From contig CAMTMC010000001.1 of assembly GCA_947073515.1 (NCBI GenBank), positions 37,801 through 101,800 of the forward strand: a stretch of DNA of 64,000 nt, written 5' to 3'. The position numbers and the translations under genes were made by a program. The stretch is from an uncultured bacterium (GTDB lineage: Bacteria; Bacillota; Clostridia; Oscillospirales; Oscillospiraceae). This document shows positions 19,332 through 28,211 of this stretch, piece after piece. Below the pieces are notes generated by a model that searched no databases, had not been told where the DNA came from, and worked only from the letters and a program-made list of their open reading frames with translations. How positions within the stretch are numbered: the stretch's first letter is position 1; each line of letters opens with the position of its first letter.

Positions 19332-20723
19332 GTGGCTTTTTTGCGTGGGTTGACGGATTTCCTGTGGAATCCTTGGCTGCTGGGGCTGTTTTTGGTGGTG
19401 GGCCTGGTCTACTCGGCGGGCTCGGGATTTTTCCAGTTTTTTGAGTTCCCACTGTGGTGGAAAACCGCGGTCGGCTCCCTGTTCAAGGGGGGGCAGGGGG
19501 GAGGGAAGGGGCTGTCTCCCCTCCAGGCCCTGGCCACGGCCCTGGCCTCCACCATGGGCACCGGCTCTATCGCCGGGGTAGCCACCGCACTCACCCTGGG
19601 CGGGCCGGGGGCCATCTTCTGGATGTGGCTGTCCGCCCTGCTGGGGATGATGACCTCCTGCGGGGAGAAGCTGCTGTCCGTCCGCTACCAGCGCCCCGCC
19701 CCCGGGGGCGGCCTCCAGGGCGGGCCTATGTACTATCTCCGGGACGGGGTGAAACGGCCCCTCCTGGCCCTCTGTTTTACCCTGGCCTGTATCCCGGCCA
19801 CAATAGCCGGGGGGAATCTGGTGCAGTCCTCGTCCATCGCCGCCTCTCTGGAGGCGGCTTTCGGCCTGCCCCGGCTCCAGGTGGGTATCATGACCGCCCT
19901 GATGGCCGGGCTGGTGATGGTGGGGGGCATTGGGCGGATCGCCCGGGTGTCCTCCGCCCTGGTGCCCGCCATGGCCCTGCTGTACCTGGGGGCCGGAGGG
20001 GCGGTGCTGGCCCTGAACTGGGAGAGGATACCGGCGGCCCTGTCCCTGATCCTCTCCAGCGCCTTTGCTCCCTCCGCCGCCCTGGGGGGCGGGGCGGGCT
20101 GGACGGTGAGCGCCGCCCTGCGGTACGGGGTGGCCCGGGGTGTGTTTACCAACGAGGCCGGGCTGGGCACCTCCGCCATGGCCCACGGGGCCGCCCGGGT
20201 GGACCATCCGGCCCGCCAGGGGATGTGGGGGATTTTCGAGGTCTTTCTCTCCACCCTCCTGGTGTGTACCATCACCGCCCTGGCCATCCTGGCCAGCGGC
20301 GTGTGGAAGCCTGGGCGCCCCGGGGCGCTGACCGGCGCCCCCCTCACGGCGGCGGCCTTCGGCTCCGCCCTGGGCCAGGCGGGGGAGGGGGTGGTGGCCC
20401 TGTCCCTGCTGCTCTTCGCCTTCTCCTCCATCCTGGGCTGGAGCTACTACGGCCAGCAGTGCCTGGCCTATCTGGCCAGAGGCCGGAAACTCATCCCCGC
20501 TTACCGGGCGGTTTTTCTGCTGTGCGTCATTCTGGGGGCGGTGTGGGAGCCGGAGGCGGTCTGGCTGCTGGCGGACCTGTGCAACGCCCTGATGGCCCTG
20601 CCCAACCTGGCCGCCCTGCTGCTGCTGGCGCCGGAGGCACTGTCCCTGCTGGAGGGGTGGCGGCGGGCCGCCTCCCGGCGGGGGAGCGGCAGGATTCTGC
20701 AAAAAAAGGAAAAACCCTATTGA
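19332..20723 (+). CDS. Alanine/glycine:cation symporter (AGCS family)
   Basis: ALASTMGTGSIAGVA, GGPGAIFWMW, GGPMYY, RGVFTNEAGLG. Confidence 0.92.
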   Translation: MAFLRGLTDFLWNPWLLGLFLVVGLVYSAGSGFFQFFEFPLWWKTAVGSLFKGGQGGGKGLSPLQALATALASTMGTGSIAGVATALTLGGPGAIFWMWLSALLGMMTSCGEKLLSVRYQRPAPGGGLQGGPMYYLRDGVKRPLLALCFTLACIPATIAGGNLVQSSSIAASLEAAFGLPRLQVGIMTALMAGLVMVGGIGRIARVSSALVPAMALLYLGAGGAVLALNWERIPAALSLILSSAFAPSAALGGGAGWTVSAALRYGVARGVFTNEAGLGTSAMAHGAARVDHPARQGMWGIFEVFLSTLLVCTITALAILASGVWKPGRPGALTGAPLTAAAFGSALGQAGEGVVALSLLLFAFSSILGWSYYGQQCLAYLARGRKLIPAYRAVFLLCVILGAVWEPEAVWLLADLCNALMALPNLAALLLLAPEALSLLEGWRRAASRRGSGRILQKKEKPY

Positions 20724-20748
20724 CAGCCAAGGGGAATCCGAATATAGT
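20720..20748 (+). promoter_or_regulatory. SigA promoter of acpP-rnc
   Basis: TTGACA-N17-TATAGT. Confidence 0.8.
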
Positions 20749-20896
20749 ATAATCAAACACAGCTAAACGCGCGAACCGCTCTTTTTCCCCTGACTGCCCC
20801 TTGAAACATGAAAAAACGACTTTGATGGTTTGCGCGTATTTTTGCGAAAGGGTGTAAAGCCCCCCCGCATCACACTGACAGAAGGAGCATCACGTT

Positions 20897-21130
20897 ATGA
20901 TCTTTGAAAAGCTGGCCGCTCTGGTCGCCGAGCAATTCAATGTAGACGCCGAGACTGTCACCATGGAGACGTCCTTTACCGATGATCTGAATGCTGACTC
21001 GGTGGATATTGTGGATCTGTCTATGGCTCTGGAAGAGGAGTTCGGGATTGAGGAGCTAGGGGAGGAAGACGCCGCCTCCATCACCACCGTGGGCGATTTG
21101 GTTCGCTTCCTACAGAGCAAAATCGACTGA
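20897..21130 (+). CDS. acpP: Acyl carrier protein
   Basis: DLNADSVDIVDL phosphopantetheine site; acidic, 77 aa. Confidence 0.95.
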   Translation: MIFEKLAALVAEQFNVDAETVTMETSFTDDLNADSVDIVDLSMALEEEFGIEELGEEDAASITTVGDLVRFLQSKID

Positions 21131-21147
21131 TGCGAAAACCACACATT

Positions 21148-21178
21148 GGCAGGACTCCGCCCCGGGCGGAGTCCTGCC
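21148..21178 (+). promoter_or_regulatory. 14-bp perfect hairpin between acpP and rnc (terminator or processing site)
   Basis: GGCAGGACTCCGCC-CCG-GGCGGAGTCCTGCC. Confidence 0.6.
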
Positions 21179-21200
21179 TTGTCCAAGGAGTTTTGTTCTT

Positions 21201-21872
21201 ATGAAGACGCTAGAGGAAAAACTGGGCTATACCTTTCAAGACCCCTCCCTGCTGGAGAACGCCCTGACCCACAGCTCCCGGGCCAACGAGAGCCGGGGCG
21301 CCCAGTCCAGCAACGAGCGGCTGGAATTTTTGGGGGACTCCATTTTGGGCATGGTGGTGGCGGACCATCTGTACCGCAACCACCCGGACCTGCCCGAGGG
21401 GGATCTAACCCGCACCCGGGCGGCCCTGGTGTGCGAGGAGAGCCTGGTCCAGGTGGCCCAGGGGCTGGGCCTGGGGGACTACCTCCGCCTGGGCAAGGGG
21501 GAGGAGACCGGCGGCGGCCGGAACAGGCCCTCCATCCAGGCCGACGCGGTGGAGGCGGTGCTGGCGGCCATCTATTTAGACGGCGGCATCGGCTCGGTCC
21601 GCAAGGTGATCCAGGCCCAGATCCTCAGCCGGGAGCTGGCCAGCCTGGCCAAGCCCCGGGATTACAAGACCGCCCTCCAGGAGCTGGTCCAGCGGGAGAG
21701 CGGCCAGGTCCTCCAGTACCGCCTTACCGGCGAGGAGGGCCCCGACCACGACAAGCGGTTTTTTATCCAGGTGACGCTGAACGGCCAGCCCCTGGGGGCA
21801 GGCTCCGGCCGGAGCAAGAAGGAGGCCGAGCAGATGGCGGCCCAAGCCGCCATCGCCGCTTTGGAGAAATAG
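21201..21872 (+). CDS. rnc: Ribonuclease III
   Basis: NERLEFLGDS signature, ADAVEA, and a C-terminal dsRBD (DYKTALQE). Confidence 0.97.
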   Translation: MKTLEEKLGYTFQDPSLLENALTHSSRANESRGAQSSNERLEFLGDSILGMVVADHLYRNHPDLPEGDLTRTRAALVCEESLVQVAQGLGLGDYLRLGKGEETGGGRNRPSIQADAVEAVLAAIYLDGGIGSVRKVIQAQILSRELASLAKPRDYKTALQELVQRESGQVLQYRLTGEEGPDHDKRFFIQVTLNGQPLGAGSGRSKKEAEQMAAQAAIAALEK

Positions 21873-21990
21873 AGAGAGCGGGCCCGGCCTCCGGGTCCGC
21901 TCTTTAAAGACTCTGCGGTTTAGACCATCCCTATACTGACTGATGATGCGCCGGCGCGCCTGAATACGCCGGATGAAACGGGGGAGAACT

Positions 21991-22899
21991 ATGGATAAAA
22001 AGATGCTGGGCCACGGGGCGGCCCTGTTTACCATCGTCAACTGGGGGGCCACCTTCATTGGCACCAAGGTGCTGCTAGAGACCTACTCTCCGGTGGAGAT
22101 TCTGGTCTACCGCTTCATCCTGGGGGTGCTGGCGCTGTACCTCATGTGCCCCAAGCTGCTGCGGATCAGGGACTGGCGGCGGGAGCTCACCTTCATGGGG
22201 GCCGGCCTCACCGGGGCCTGTTTGTACTATCTGCTAGAAAATATCGCCCTGACCTATACCACGGCGGCCAACGTGGGGGTGATCGTCACCATCGCCCCCC
22301 TGAGCACCGCCCTCATGTCCTGGGCCGCCGGGGGGGAGCGGCCCAAGGGCTGGTTTTTCCTAGGGTTTGTGGTGGCCATGTCGGGCATCTGCCTTATCAG
22401 CTTCTCCGGCGGGGAGGGGCTGTCCCTGGACTGGCGGGGGGATCTGCTGGCGGTGCTGGCCACAGTGGTGTGGGCCCTGTACTGCCTGTTCCTCAACCGC
22501 ATCGGTACCTACGGATATTCCGTTCTCCAGACCACCCGCCGTACCTTCCTGTACGGGCTAGTCTTTATGATCCCGGCGGCCTTCGCCATGGACTTCCACT
22601 GGGGGCTGGAGCGCCTTCTGGATCCGGTGGCCACCGCCAACCTGGTTTACCTGGGCGTTGGGGCCTGCGCCCTGTGCTTCGCCGCCTGGGGCTATGCGGT
22701 CCAGGCGCTGGGGGTCATCACCTCCAGCGTGTACCTGTACCTGCCCTCCATTGTCACCCTGGTCTGTGCCGCCCTGATCCTCCATGAGCCCATCACAAAA
22801 TATTCCATCCTGGGCGCCGGCCTCACCGTGCTGGGCCTGGTGCTGTCAGAGCTGGATACTTTTGTGAAAAAGCTCCGCCCAGCGGGGAAAAACGCCTAA
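21991..22899 (+). CDS. DMT/EamA family transporter
   Basis: Two EamA repeats, about 10 TMs; ATG after GGGGAG. Confidence 0.88.
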   Translation: MDKKMLGHGAALFTIVNWGATFIGTKVLLETYSPVEILVYRFILGVLALYLMCPKLLRIRDWRRELTFMGAGLTGACLYYLLENIALTYTTAANVGVIVTIAPLSTALMSWAAGGERPKGWFFLGFVVAMSGICLISFSGGEGLSLDWRGDLLAVLATVVWALYCLFLNRIGTYGYSVLQTTRRTFLYGLVFMIPAAFAMDFHWGLERLLDPVATANLVYLGVGACALCFAAWGYAVQALGVITSSVYLYLPSIVTLVCAALILHEPITKYSILGAGLTVLGLVLSELDTFVKKLRPAGKNA

Positions 22900-22911
22900 A
22901 ACCAGTGGCCG

Positions 22912-22975
22912 CAACCGCTGGTTGTCAAATTGGATACACCTTTTGGTTGTGTTGCCGCCCTGATTTTGCTATGCT
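22912..22975 (+). promoter_or_regulatory. Putative operators and promoter of the XRE regulator
   Basis: CAACC-GCT-GGTTG palindrome (22912-22924) and an imperfect copy (22937-22949) overlapping TTGTGT-N17-TATGCT. Confidence 0.5.
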
Positions 22976-23020
22976 GTGACCAGCTTGCAAGCCCAAGAGT
23001 TTGAATAGGAGGATCACAGT

Positions 23021-23791
23021 ATGGATTTTGAACACCGTCTCTACGACCTGCGGAAGCGGGCGGGCCTGTCCCAGGAGGAGCTGGCCAACCTGGTGGGGGT
23101 GACCCGCCAGGCGGTGCAGAAGTGGGAGGCGGGGACCAGCCGTCCGGACATGGATAACCTGGCCGCCCTGGCCCAATATTTCCACGTCACCTTAGACTGG
23201 CTCATCACCGGCCGGGAGGGGGAGGCTGTCCCCGTCCAGAAGCACGAGGTGGTGGTGGAGAAGCACTACTACTATAATAGCTGGCAATATGAGTACAAGA
23301 GCAAGCGTACCCTCTTCGGCCTGCCCCTGGTCCACATAAAGCTGGCTGGCCGGGGATTGTGCGTGGCGAAGGGGATCATCGCCATTGGAAACGTGTCGGT
23401 AGGGCTGTTGTCCATCGGCGGCTTCTCCCTTGGGCTGCTGTCGGTGGGAGCGATGTCCATGGGTGCGCTGGTGCTGGCCGGCATGGGGCTGGGCCTGGTC
23501 GCCCTGGGAGCCCTGGCTGTGGGCGGGGTGGCCGTGGGCGGCGTGGCCATCGGCTGGCTGGCGGTGGGAGCCACCTCCTTCGGCGTGTACGCCTCCGGCG
23601 GGGCGGTCTTTGGCAGCCAGGCGGCTGTGGGGGTGGCGGCGATCAGCGATGTGCTGGCCATCGGACAGGACGCCCAGGCCCCCTCTGTCCTAAGCTTAGA
23701 CGCCCCCCGGGAGCTTATGGTCCAGGCCATGGATCAGGCGCGGGTGCCCGGCTGGATCCAGAGGATTCTCCTTCTGGGCCACGGCCGCTGA
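23021..23791 (+). CDS. XRE-family HTH regulator fused to a Gly-rich membrane domain
   Basis: LSQEELANLVGVTRQAVQKWEAG HTH; C-terminal GLPLVHI...AKGIIAIG...Gly/hydrophobic repeats. Confidence 0.85.
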   Translation: MDFEHRLYDLRKRAGLSQEELANLVGVTRQAVQKWEAGTSRPDMDNLAALAQYFHVTLDWLITGREGEAVPVQKHEVVVEKHYYYNSWQYEYKSKRTLFGLPLVHIKLAGRGLCVAKGIIAIGNVSVGLLSIGGFSLGLLSVGAMSMGALVLAGMGLGLVALGALAVGGVAVGGVAIGWLAVGATSFGVYASGGAVFGSQAAVGVAAISDVLAIGQDAQAPSVLSLDAPRELMVQAMDQARVPGWIQRILLLGHGR

Positions 23792-23800
23792 TAAAAAACA

Positions 23801-23839
23801 AAAAAATGCCATGGTACGCCGGTACCATGGCACTTTTTT
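23801..23839. terminator. Bidirectional terminator
   Basis: TGCCATGGTAC-GCCG-GTACCATGGCA flanked by A and T tracts. Confidence 0.85.
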
Positions 23840-23842
23840 AGC

Positions 23843-25018
23843 TCAACGAGACGGTTCCGCCCCGTCCTCCTCCGGGAGGGCGGCAGGTGCCGCTTGGTTG
23901 CGCTGGATCAGGTCCGCCCGGAGCATTTGGTAACAGGCGGCGGCCAGGGGGACGGCCAGCAGCATGCCGCCGATGCCCAGGATACCCCCGCCGATGGTGA
24001 CAGCGGCCAGCACCCAGATCCCCGGCAGGCCGATGGAGGAGCCCACCACCTTGGGGTAGATCAGGTTGCCCTCCAGCTGCTGGAGGACGCCGATAAACAC
24101 CAGGAACAGCAGGGCCTTGATGGGGGAGACGGTGAAGATCATAAAGGCGCCCACCCCCGCCCCGATGTAGGCCCCGGCCACGGGGATCAGGGCGGTGAAG
24201 CCGATGAGGGCCCCGATCATGGTGGCGTAGGGCAGCTGGAGGGCCGCCATTCCCAGGGCGCACAGCAGGCCCAGGATCATGGCCTCGGTACACTGGCCCA
24301 CCACAAAGCTGTGGAAGCAGCGGTTGAGGGTCTCTAGGAAGTAGATGGCCCGGCTGTACCACCCGGGCTTCAGATAGGTCTTCATCACCAGGGCGCACTG
24401 ACGGCTCAGCTTCTCCTTACCCAGCAGCAGGTAGATGGAGAAAATCACGCTGACGATGGCGGTAAAGGCGGTGGACACCGTGGCGGAGGCCAGGGTCATC
24501 ACCGAGCCCATCACCCCGCCCAGGCCGGAGATCAGCCAGTTCACCCCTTTGGTGATGACCTCCCGCCAGTCAACGCTCCCGTCGGCCAGGGCGGCCCCGG
24601 AGGAGGACAGGACCTGGGACCAGTTGACATTCTGGTTGACCATGAGGGACAGCTCCTCCAGCAGGGGGACGGCCTCCTGGATCAGCACCAGCACGCACTC
24701 GGCCAGCTCCGGCAGGATCATCCGCACCAGCAGCACCACCAGGGCGGTCAGGCTGGCGAAAGCCAGGATCAGGCATACCGGCCGCCGGATACGGGCCACC
24801 GTTGGATTTTGGGAGGAGGGGAAAAACCATCCCTCATAGGTACTCATCAGGATATTCACGGCGTAGGCGATGACCGCCCCCAGGACCAGCGGGAAGGCGG
24901 CGCCCAGCGCCATCAGGGCCATCCCGGACAGCCTGGCCCAGTAGTGGATGGCCAGGTAGAGGGCGAACAGGACCACCCCAAGCCGGACGGAGCCCTTCCA
25001 TTCTTGTTTCAAAATCAT
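23843..25018 (-). CDS. AI-2E family transporter
   Basis: FTALIPVAGAYIG, QQLEGNLIYPKVVGSSIGL, GMLLAVP. Confidence 0.9.
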   Translation of the reverse strand: MILKQEWKGSVRLGVVLFALYLAIHYWARLSGMALMALGAAFPLVLGAVIAYAVNILMSTYEGWFFPSSQNPTVARIRRPVCLILAFASLTALVVLLVRMILPELAECVLVLIQEAVPLLEELSLMVNQNVNWSQVLSSSGAALADGSVDWREVITKGVNWLISGLGGVMGSVMTLASATVSTAFTAIVSVIFSIYLLLGKEKLSRQCALVMKTYLKPGWYSRAIYFLETLNRCFHSFVVGQCTEAMILGLLCALGMAALQLPYATMIGALIGFTALIPVAGAYIGAGVGAFMIFTVSPIKALLFLVFIGVLQQLEGNLIYPKVVGSSIGLPGIWVLAAVTIGGGILGIGGMLLAVPLAAACYQMLRADLIQRNQAAPAALPEEDGAEPSR

Positions 25019-25061
25019 CCACCTCGATTATTTTGTTGTGTATGGAGCGGGGGAGGGGCCC

Positions 25062-25559
25062 TTACAGCCCCTCCATCAGGTTGACCAGGAGGAATCCCTC
25101 CTCAATGTTGGTCTCAGCGATGAACTGGGGGACAGCGGGGATCATCCACTCCCGCTTCCCGCCCTTGACCACATAGACGTTGTTGGCGGGGAGGGTGAGC
25201 ACGTCCTCAATGTTCCCCAAAATCTCCCCAGTGGCGGCGTCCCGTACCTCCAGGCCGTAGATGTCCGCCAGGAAGAAGGCCCCCTCCGGCAGCTGGGCGT
25301 CCGCCCGGTCGATGAAGAGGGTGGCCCCCCGCAGGGCCATGGCGCTGGGCACGTCGGTGGGCCCGTCAAACTTGATGATGACCATATTTTTGTGGACCCG
25401 GGCCCGCTGCACCGTCATGGGGAAGTGGGCCTCGTCCACATACAGGGTCTTGAACTGGCACAGGAACTCCGGCGAGTCGGCCCAGGGCTGGACCTTTACC
25501 TCGCCCATCAGGCCGTGGATGTTGGTGACCTTGCCCACCTCCAGATATTGATGTTTCAT
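25062..25559 (-). CDS. rimM: Ribosome maturation factor RimM
   Basis: VGKVTNIHGLMGEVKV, FFLADIYG, ANNVYVV, MIPAV. ATG 25559 after GGAGG. Confidence 0.93.
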   Translation of the reverse strand: MKHQYLEVGKVTNIHGLMGEVKVQPWADSPEFLCQFKTLYVDEAHFPMTVQRARVHKNMVIIKFDGPTDVPSAMALRGATLFIDRADAQLPEGAFFLADIYGLEVRDAATGEILGNIEDVLTLPANNVYVVKGGKREWMIPAVPQFIAETNIEEGFLLVNLMEGL

Positions 25560-25631
25560 CTGTATGATTCCTCCAAAAAATACTGGACGTAAATTGCTGA
25601 GGCGGCTGTAAGGCGTCGCCCCGGGAATGAG

Positions 25632-25668
25632 AAAACAAGGCGCAGGGATCACCCTGCGCCCTTGTTCT
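25632..25668 (-). terminator. Terminator downstream of khpA
   Basis: Stem AACAAGG(G)CGCAGGG/CCCTGCGCCTTGTT followed by T on the minus strand. Confidence 0.7.
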
Positions 25669-25670
25669 GA

Positions 25671-25734
25671 GAACCGGTATTCATAAGTGAAAATTCCCGT
25701 TGAGACGGCCGTTTGAGCTTGTGAATACAGGTTC
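25671..25734 (+). mobile_element. 64-bp internally deleted MITE copy
   Basis: TIR GAACCGGTATTCA...TGAATACAGGTTC, flanked by TGA and TTA. Both halves align to 35436-35597. Confidence 0.8.
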
Positions 25735-25965
25735 TTAGTCGATGATCTCCACGTTGACCCGCTTGCCGGCCCGCTGGGCGGCGGAGCGCATCAGGATGCG
25801 GATCTCCTTGGCGATGCGGCCCTGGCGGCCGATCACCTTGCCCATGTCCTCCGGGGCCACCCGGAGCTCCAGGACAGTCTCGCCGTCGCCCTCGACCTCA
25901 GTGACAGACACCTGCTCGGGGTGCTCCACCAGGTTCTGGGCCACGTAGGTCAGAAGCTCTTTCAT
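25735..25965 (-). CDS. khpA: KH-domain RNA-binding protein KhpA (YlqC)
   Basis: DMGKVIGRQGRIAKEIR KH motif; located after rpsP. Confidence 0.92.
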   Translation of the reverse strand: MKELLTYVAQNLVEHPEQVSVTEVEGDGETVLELRVAPEDMGKVIGRQGRIAKEIRILMRSAAQRAGKRVNVEIID

Positions 25966-25979
25966 GAATACCTCCAGCC

Positions 25980-26219
25980 TTACAGGGCGCCGGCCTTTTT
26001 CAGCAGGTCGCGGACGGTCTCGGTGGGCTGAGCGCCGGTCTTGATCCAGGCCTGGGCCCGGTCCACGTCCACCTTCAGCTCGGCGGGATTGGTCACGGGG
26101 TTGTAGATGCCGATCTCCTCGATGAAGCGGCCGTCACGGGGGTAGCGGGAGTCGGCCACCACGATGCGGTAGAAGGGGGCCTTCTTGGCGCCCATGCGGC
26201 GCAGTCTGATTTTAACCAT
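25980..26219 (-). CDS. rpsP: 30S ribosomal protein S16
   Basis: [25 protein letters not shown]. Confidence 0.98.
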   Translation of the reverse strand: MVKIRLRRMGAKKAPFYRIVVADSRYPRDGRFIEEIGIYNPVTNPAELKVDVDRAQAWIKTGAQPTETVRDLLKKAGAL

Positions 26220-26284
26220 GTATGTTCACCTCCAAATGAAATTCTTTATTTATATGGAAAGCGCCCGCGGCGCTTAACCACCGA

Positions 26285-27658
26285 TCAGAACGGCATCCCG
26301 CCGGGCATTCCAGGCATTCCCCGGCCCTTTTTCCCCATCATCTTCCGCAGGTTTTTGGGCATTTTGCCCCCGGAGAACTGCTTGGTCATGGCCTGGAGCA
26401 GCTCAAACTGCTTGAGCAGCCGGTTGATGTCCACCACCTGGGTGCCGGACCCGGCGGCGATACGCTTTTTCCGGCTGGAGTTGAGCAGCTTGGGGTCCTC
26501 CCGCTCGGCGGGGGTCATGGACAGGATGATGGCCTCCATCCGCTGGAGCAGCTTCTCGTCCATGGTGGCCCCCTCCAGGTCGCTGGCCTTCACGCCAGGG
26601 AGCATCCCGGCGATCTCGGTGAGGGAGCCCATGTTCTTCAGCTGGGTCATCTGGTCGTAGAAATCGGTGAGGGTAAACTTATTTTTCCGCAGCTTCTCCT
26701 GGAGCTCCAGGGCCTTCTTCTGGTCGAAGTTCTGCTCGGCCTTCTCAATGAGGGAGAGCATATCCCCCATGCCCAAAATGCGGCTGGCCATGCGGTCGGG
26801 GTGGAAGACCTCAATCTGGTCCAGCTTTTCCCCCACGCCGGCGAATTTGATGGGTTTTCCCGTCACCGCCTTAATGGACAGGGCGGCGCCGCCCCGGGCG
26901 TCGCCGTCCAGCTTGGTGAGGACCACGCCGTCGATATCCAGGGCGTCGTCGAAGGCTTTGGCGGCGTTTACGGCGTCCTGGCCGATCATGGCGTCCACCA
27001 CCAGCAGGATCTCGGTGGGCTCCACGGCGGCCTTGATGTTCCGCAGCTCGTCCATCAGCTCCTCGTCCACGTGGAGGCGGCCGGCGGTGTCTAAAAACAC
27101 CATGTCGCTGCCGTGTTTTTCGGCGTGGGCGATGGCGGCCTTGGCGATGTCCACCGGGTTGGTCTGGCCCATCTGGAAGACGGGGATGTCCAGCTGCTGG
27201 CCCACCACCTCCAGCTGGTGGATGGCGGCGGGGCGGTAGATGTCACAGGCGGCCAGCAGGGGCCGCTTGTTGTTCTGGCGCTTCATCAGCCCGGCCAGCT
27301 TGGCGGCGTTGGTGGTCTTGCCGGCGCCCTGGAGGCCCACCATCATCACCACCGTGGGGGGCTTGGAGGAAATAGTCAGCTTGGTCCCGGCGCCCCCCAT
27401 CAGCTCCGTGAGCTCCTGGTTGACGATCTTGATGATCTGCTGGGCGGGGGAGAGGGCCTCCAGCACGTCGCTGCCCACGGCCTTCTCTGTAACCTGGGCC
27501 ACGAACTGCTTGACCACCTTGAAGCTGACGTCGGCCTCCAGCAGGGCCAGGCGGATCTCCCGCATGGCCTCCTTCACATCGGCCTCGGTCAGCCGGCCCT
27601 TGCCTCTCAGCCGCTTAAAGGCGGCGGACAGCTTTTCAGAAAGTCCTTCAAATGCCAT
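26285..27658 (-). CDS. ffh: Signal recognition particle protein Ffh
   Basis: GLQGAGKTT, DTAGR, TKLDG, and a Met-rich M domain. Confidence 0.98.
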   Translation of the reverse strand: MAFEGLSEKLSAAFKRLRGKGRLTEADVKEAMREIRLALLEADVSFKVVKQFVAQVTEKAVGSDVLEALSPAQQIIKIVNQELTELMGGAGTKLTISSKPPTVVMMVGLQGAGKTTNAAKLAGLMKRQNNKRPLLAACDIYRPAAIHQLEVVGQQLDIPVFQMGQTNPVDIAKAAIAHAEKHGSDMVFLDTAGRLHVDEELMDELRNIKAAVEPTEILLVVDAMIGQDAVNAAKAFDDALDIDGVVLTKLDGDARGGAALSIKAVTGKPIKFAGVGEKLDQIEVFHPDRMASRILGMGDMLSLIEKAEQNFDQKKALELQEKLRKNKFTLTDFYDQMTQLKNMGSLTEIAGMLPGVKASDLEGATMDEKLLQRMEAIILSMTPAEREDPKLLNSSRKKRIAAGSGTQVVDINRLLKQFELLQAMTKQFSGGKMPKNLRKMMGKKGRGMPGMPGGMPF

Positions 27659-27662
27659 GGGC

Positions 27663-28028
27663 TTACTCCTTCAGCAGGATGTCGGCGGCGTCCCGCACTT
27701 GCAGGGCGAAGGACTCCAGCTCCTCGTTGTCCTCCCGGGCGGCCAGCTCCGCGGCGTGCCGGGCGTCCTCCCGCAGCTGCTCCAGCTGGGCCCGCATGGT
27801 GTGGAACCGCTTAATCAGTCCGGTCTTGTCCTCCAGCTCGGTGAGGACGGCCTCCGCCCGGACGATCACGTCCCGGACCCCCTGGCGGGTGATGCCGTAG
27901 TTTTCGGCGATCTCTCCCAGGGACAGATCCTCGTTGTAATAGAGGTCATAAAATTCTTTCTGGCGGTCCGTCAGTACGTCGCCGTAAAAATCGAAGAGCA
28001 TGGACATACGGTAGGCCTGGTTTTTCAT
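27663..28028 (-). CDS. ylxM: YlxM family SRP-associated protein
   Basis: LFDFYGDVLTDRQKEFYDLYYNEDLSLGEIAE...LEDKTGL. True start is ATG 28028; the ORF-track extension to 29888 is spurious. Confidence 0.92.
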   Translation of the reverse strand: MKNQAYRMSMLFDFYGDVLTDRQKEFYDLYYNEDLSLGEIAENYGITRQGVRDVIVRAEAVLTELEDKTGLIKRFHTMRAQLEQLREDARHAAELAAREDNEELESFALQVRDAADILLKE

Positions 28029-28082
28029 GCCTGCGGACCCCCTTTGGCTTAAAAATGTAAAGCTATTTAACTTTACGTTTGG

Positions 28083-28111
28083 AGTGTAGCACATTCTGCC
28101 CTGTTTGTCAA
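28083..28111 (-). promoter_or_regulatory. SigA promoter of the ylxM-ffh operon
   Basis: TTGACA-N17-TACACT on the minus strand. Confidence 0.8.
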
Positions 28112-28211
28112 GTAAAATTCCTTGCGGACGGGACGGCCGGTTTTTGGTATATTGCGCCAGGGCCGGGGGAAAACTGGAGGGAAGATGAAAATCATGCAGG
28201 AGGTTCCCGCT

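Noticed and set aside
21940-21982. CTGATGA...GAAAC resembling a hammerhead ribozyme or fluoride riboswitch
   Set aside because: The stem II closing pair and flanking stems do not fit, and the fluoride 5' motif is missing.
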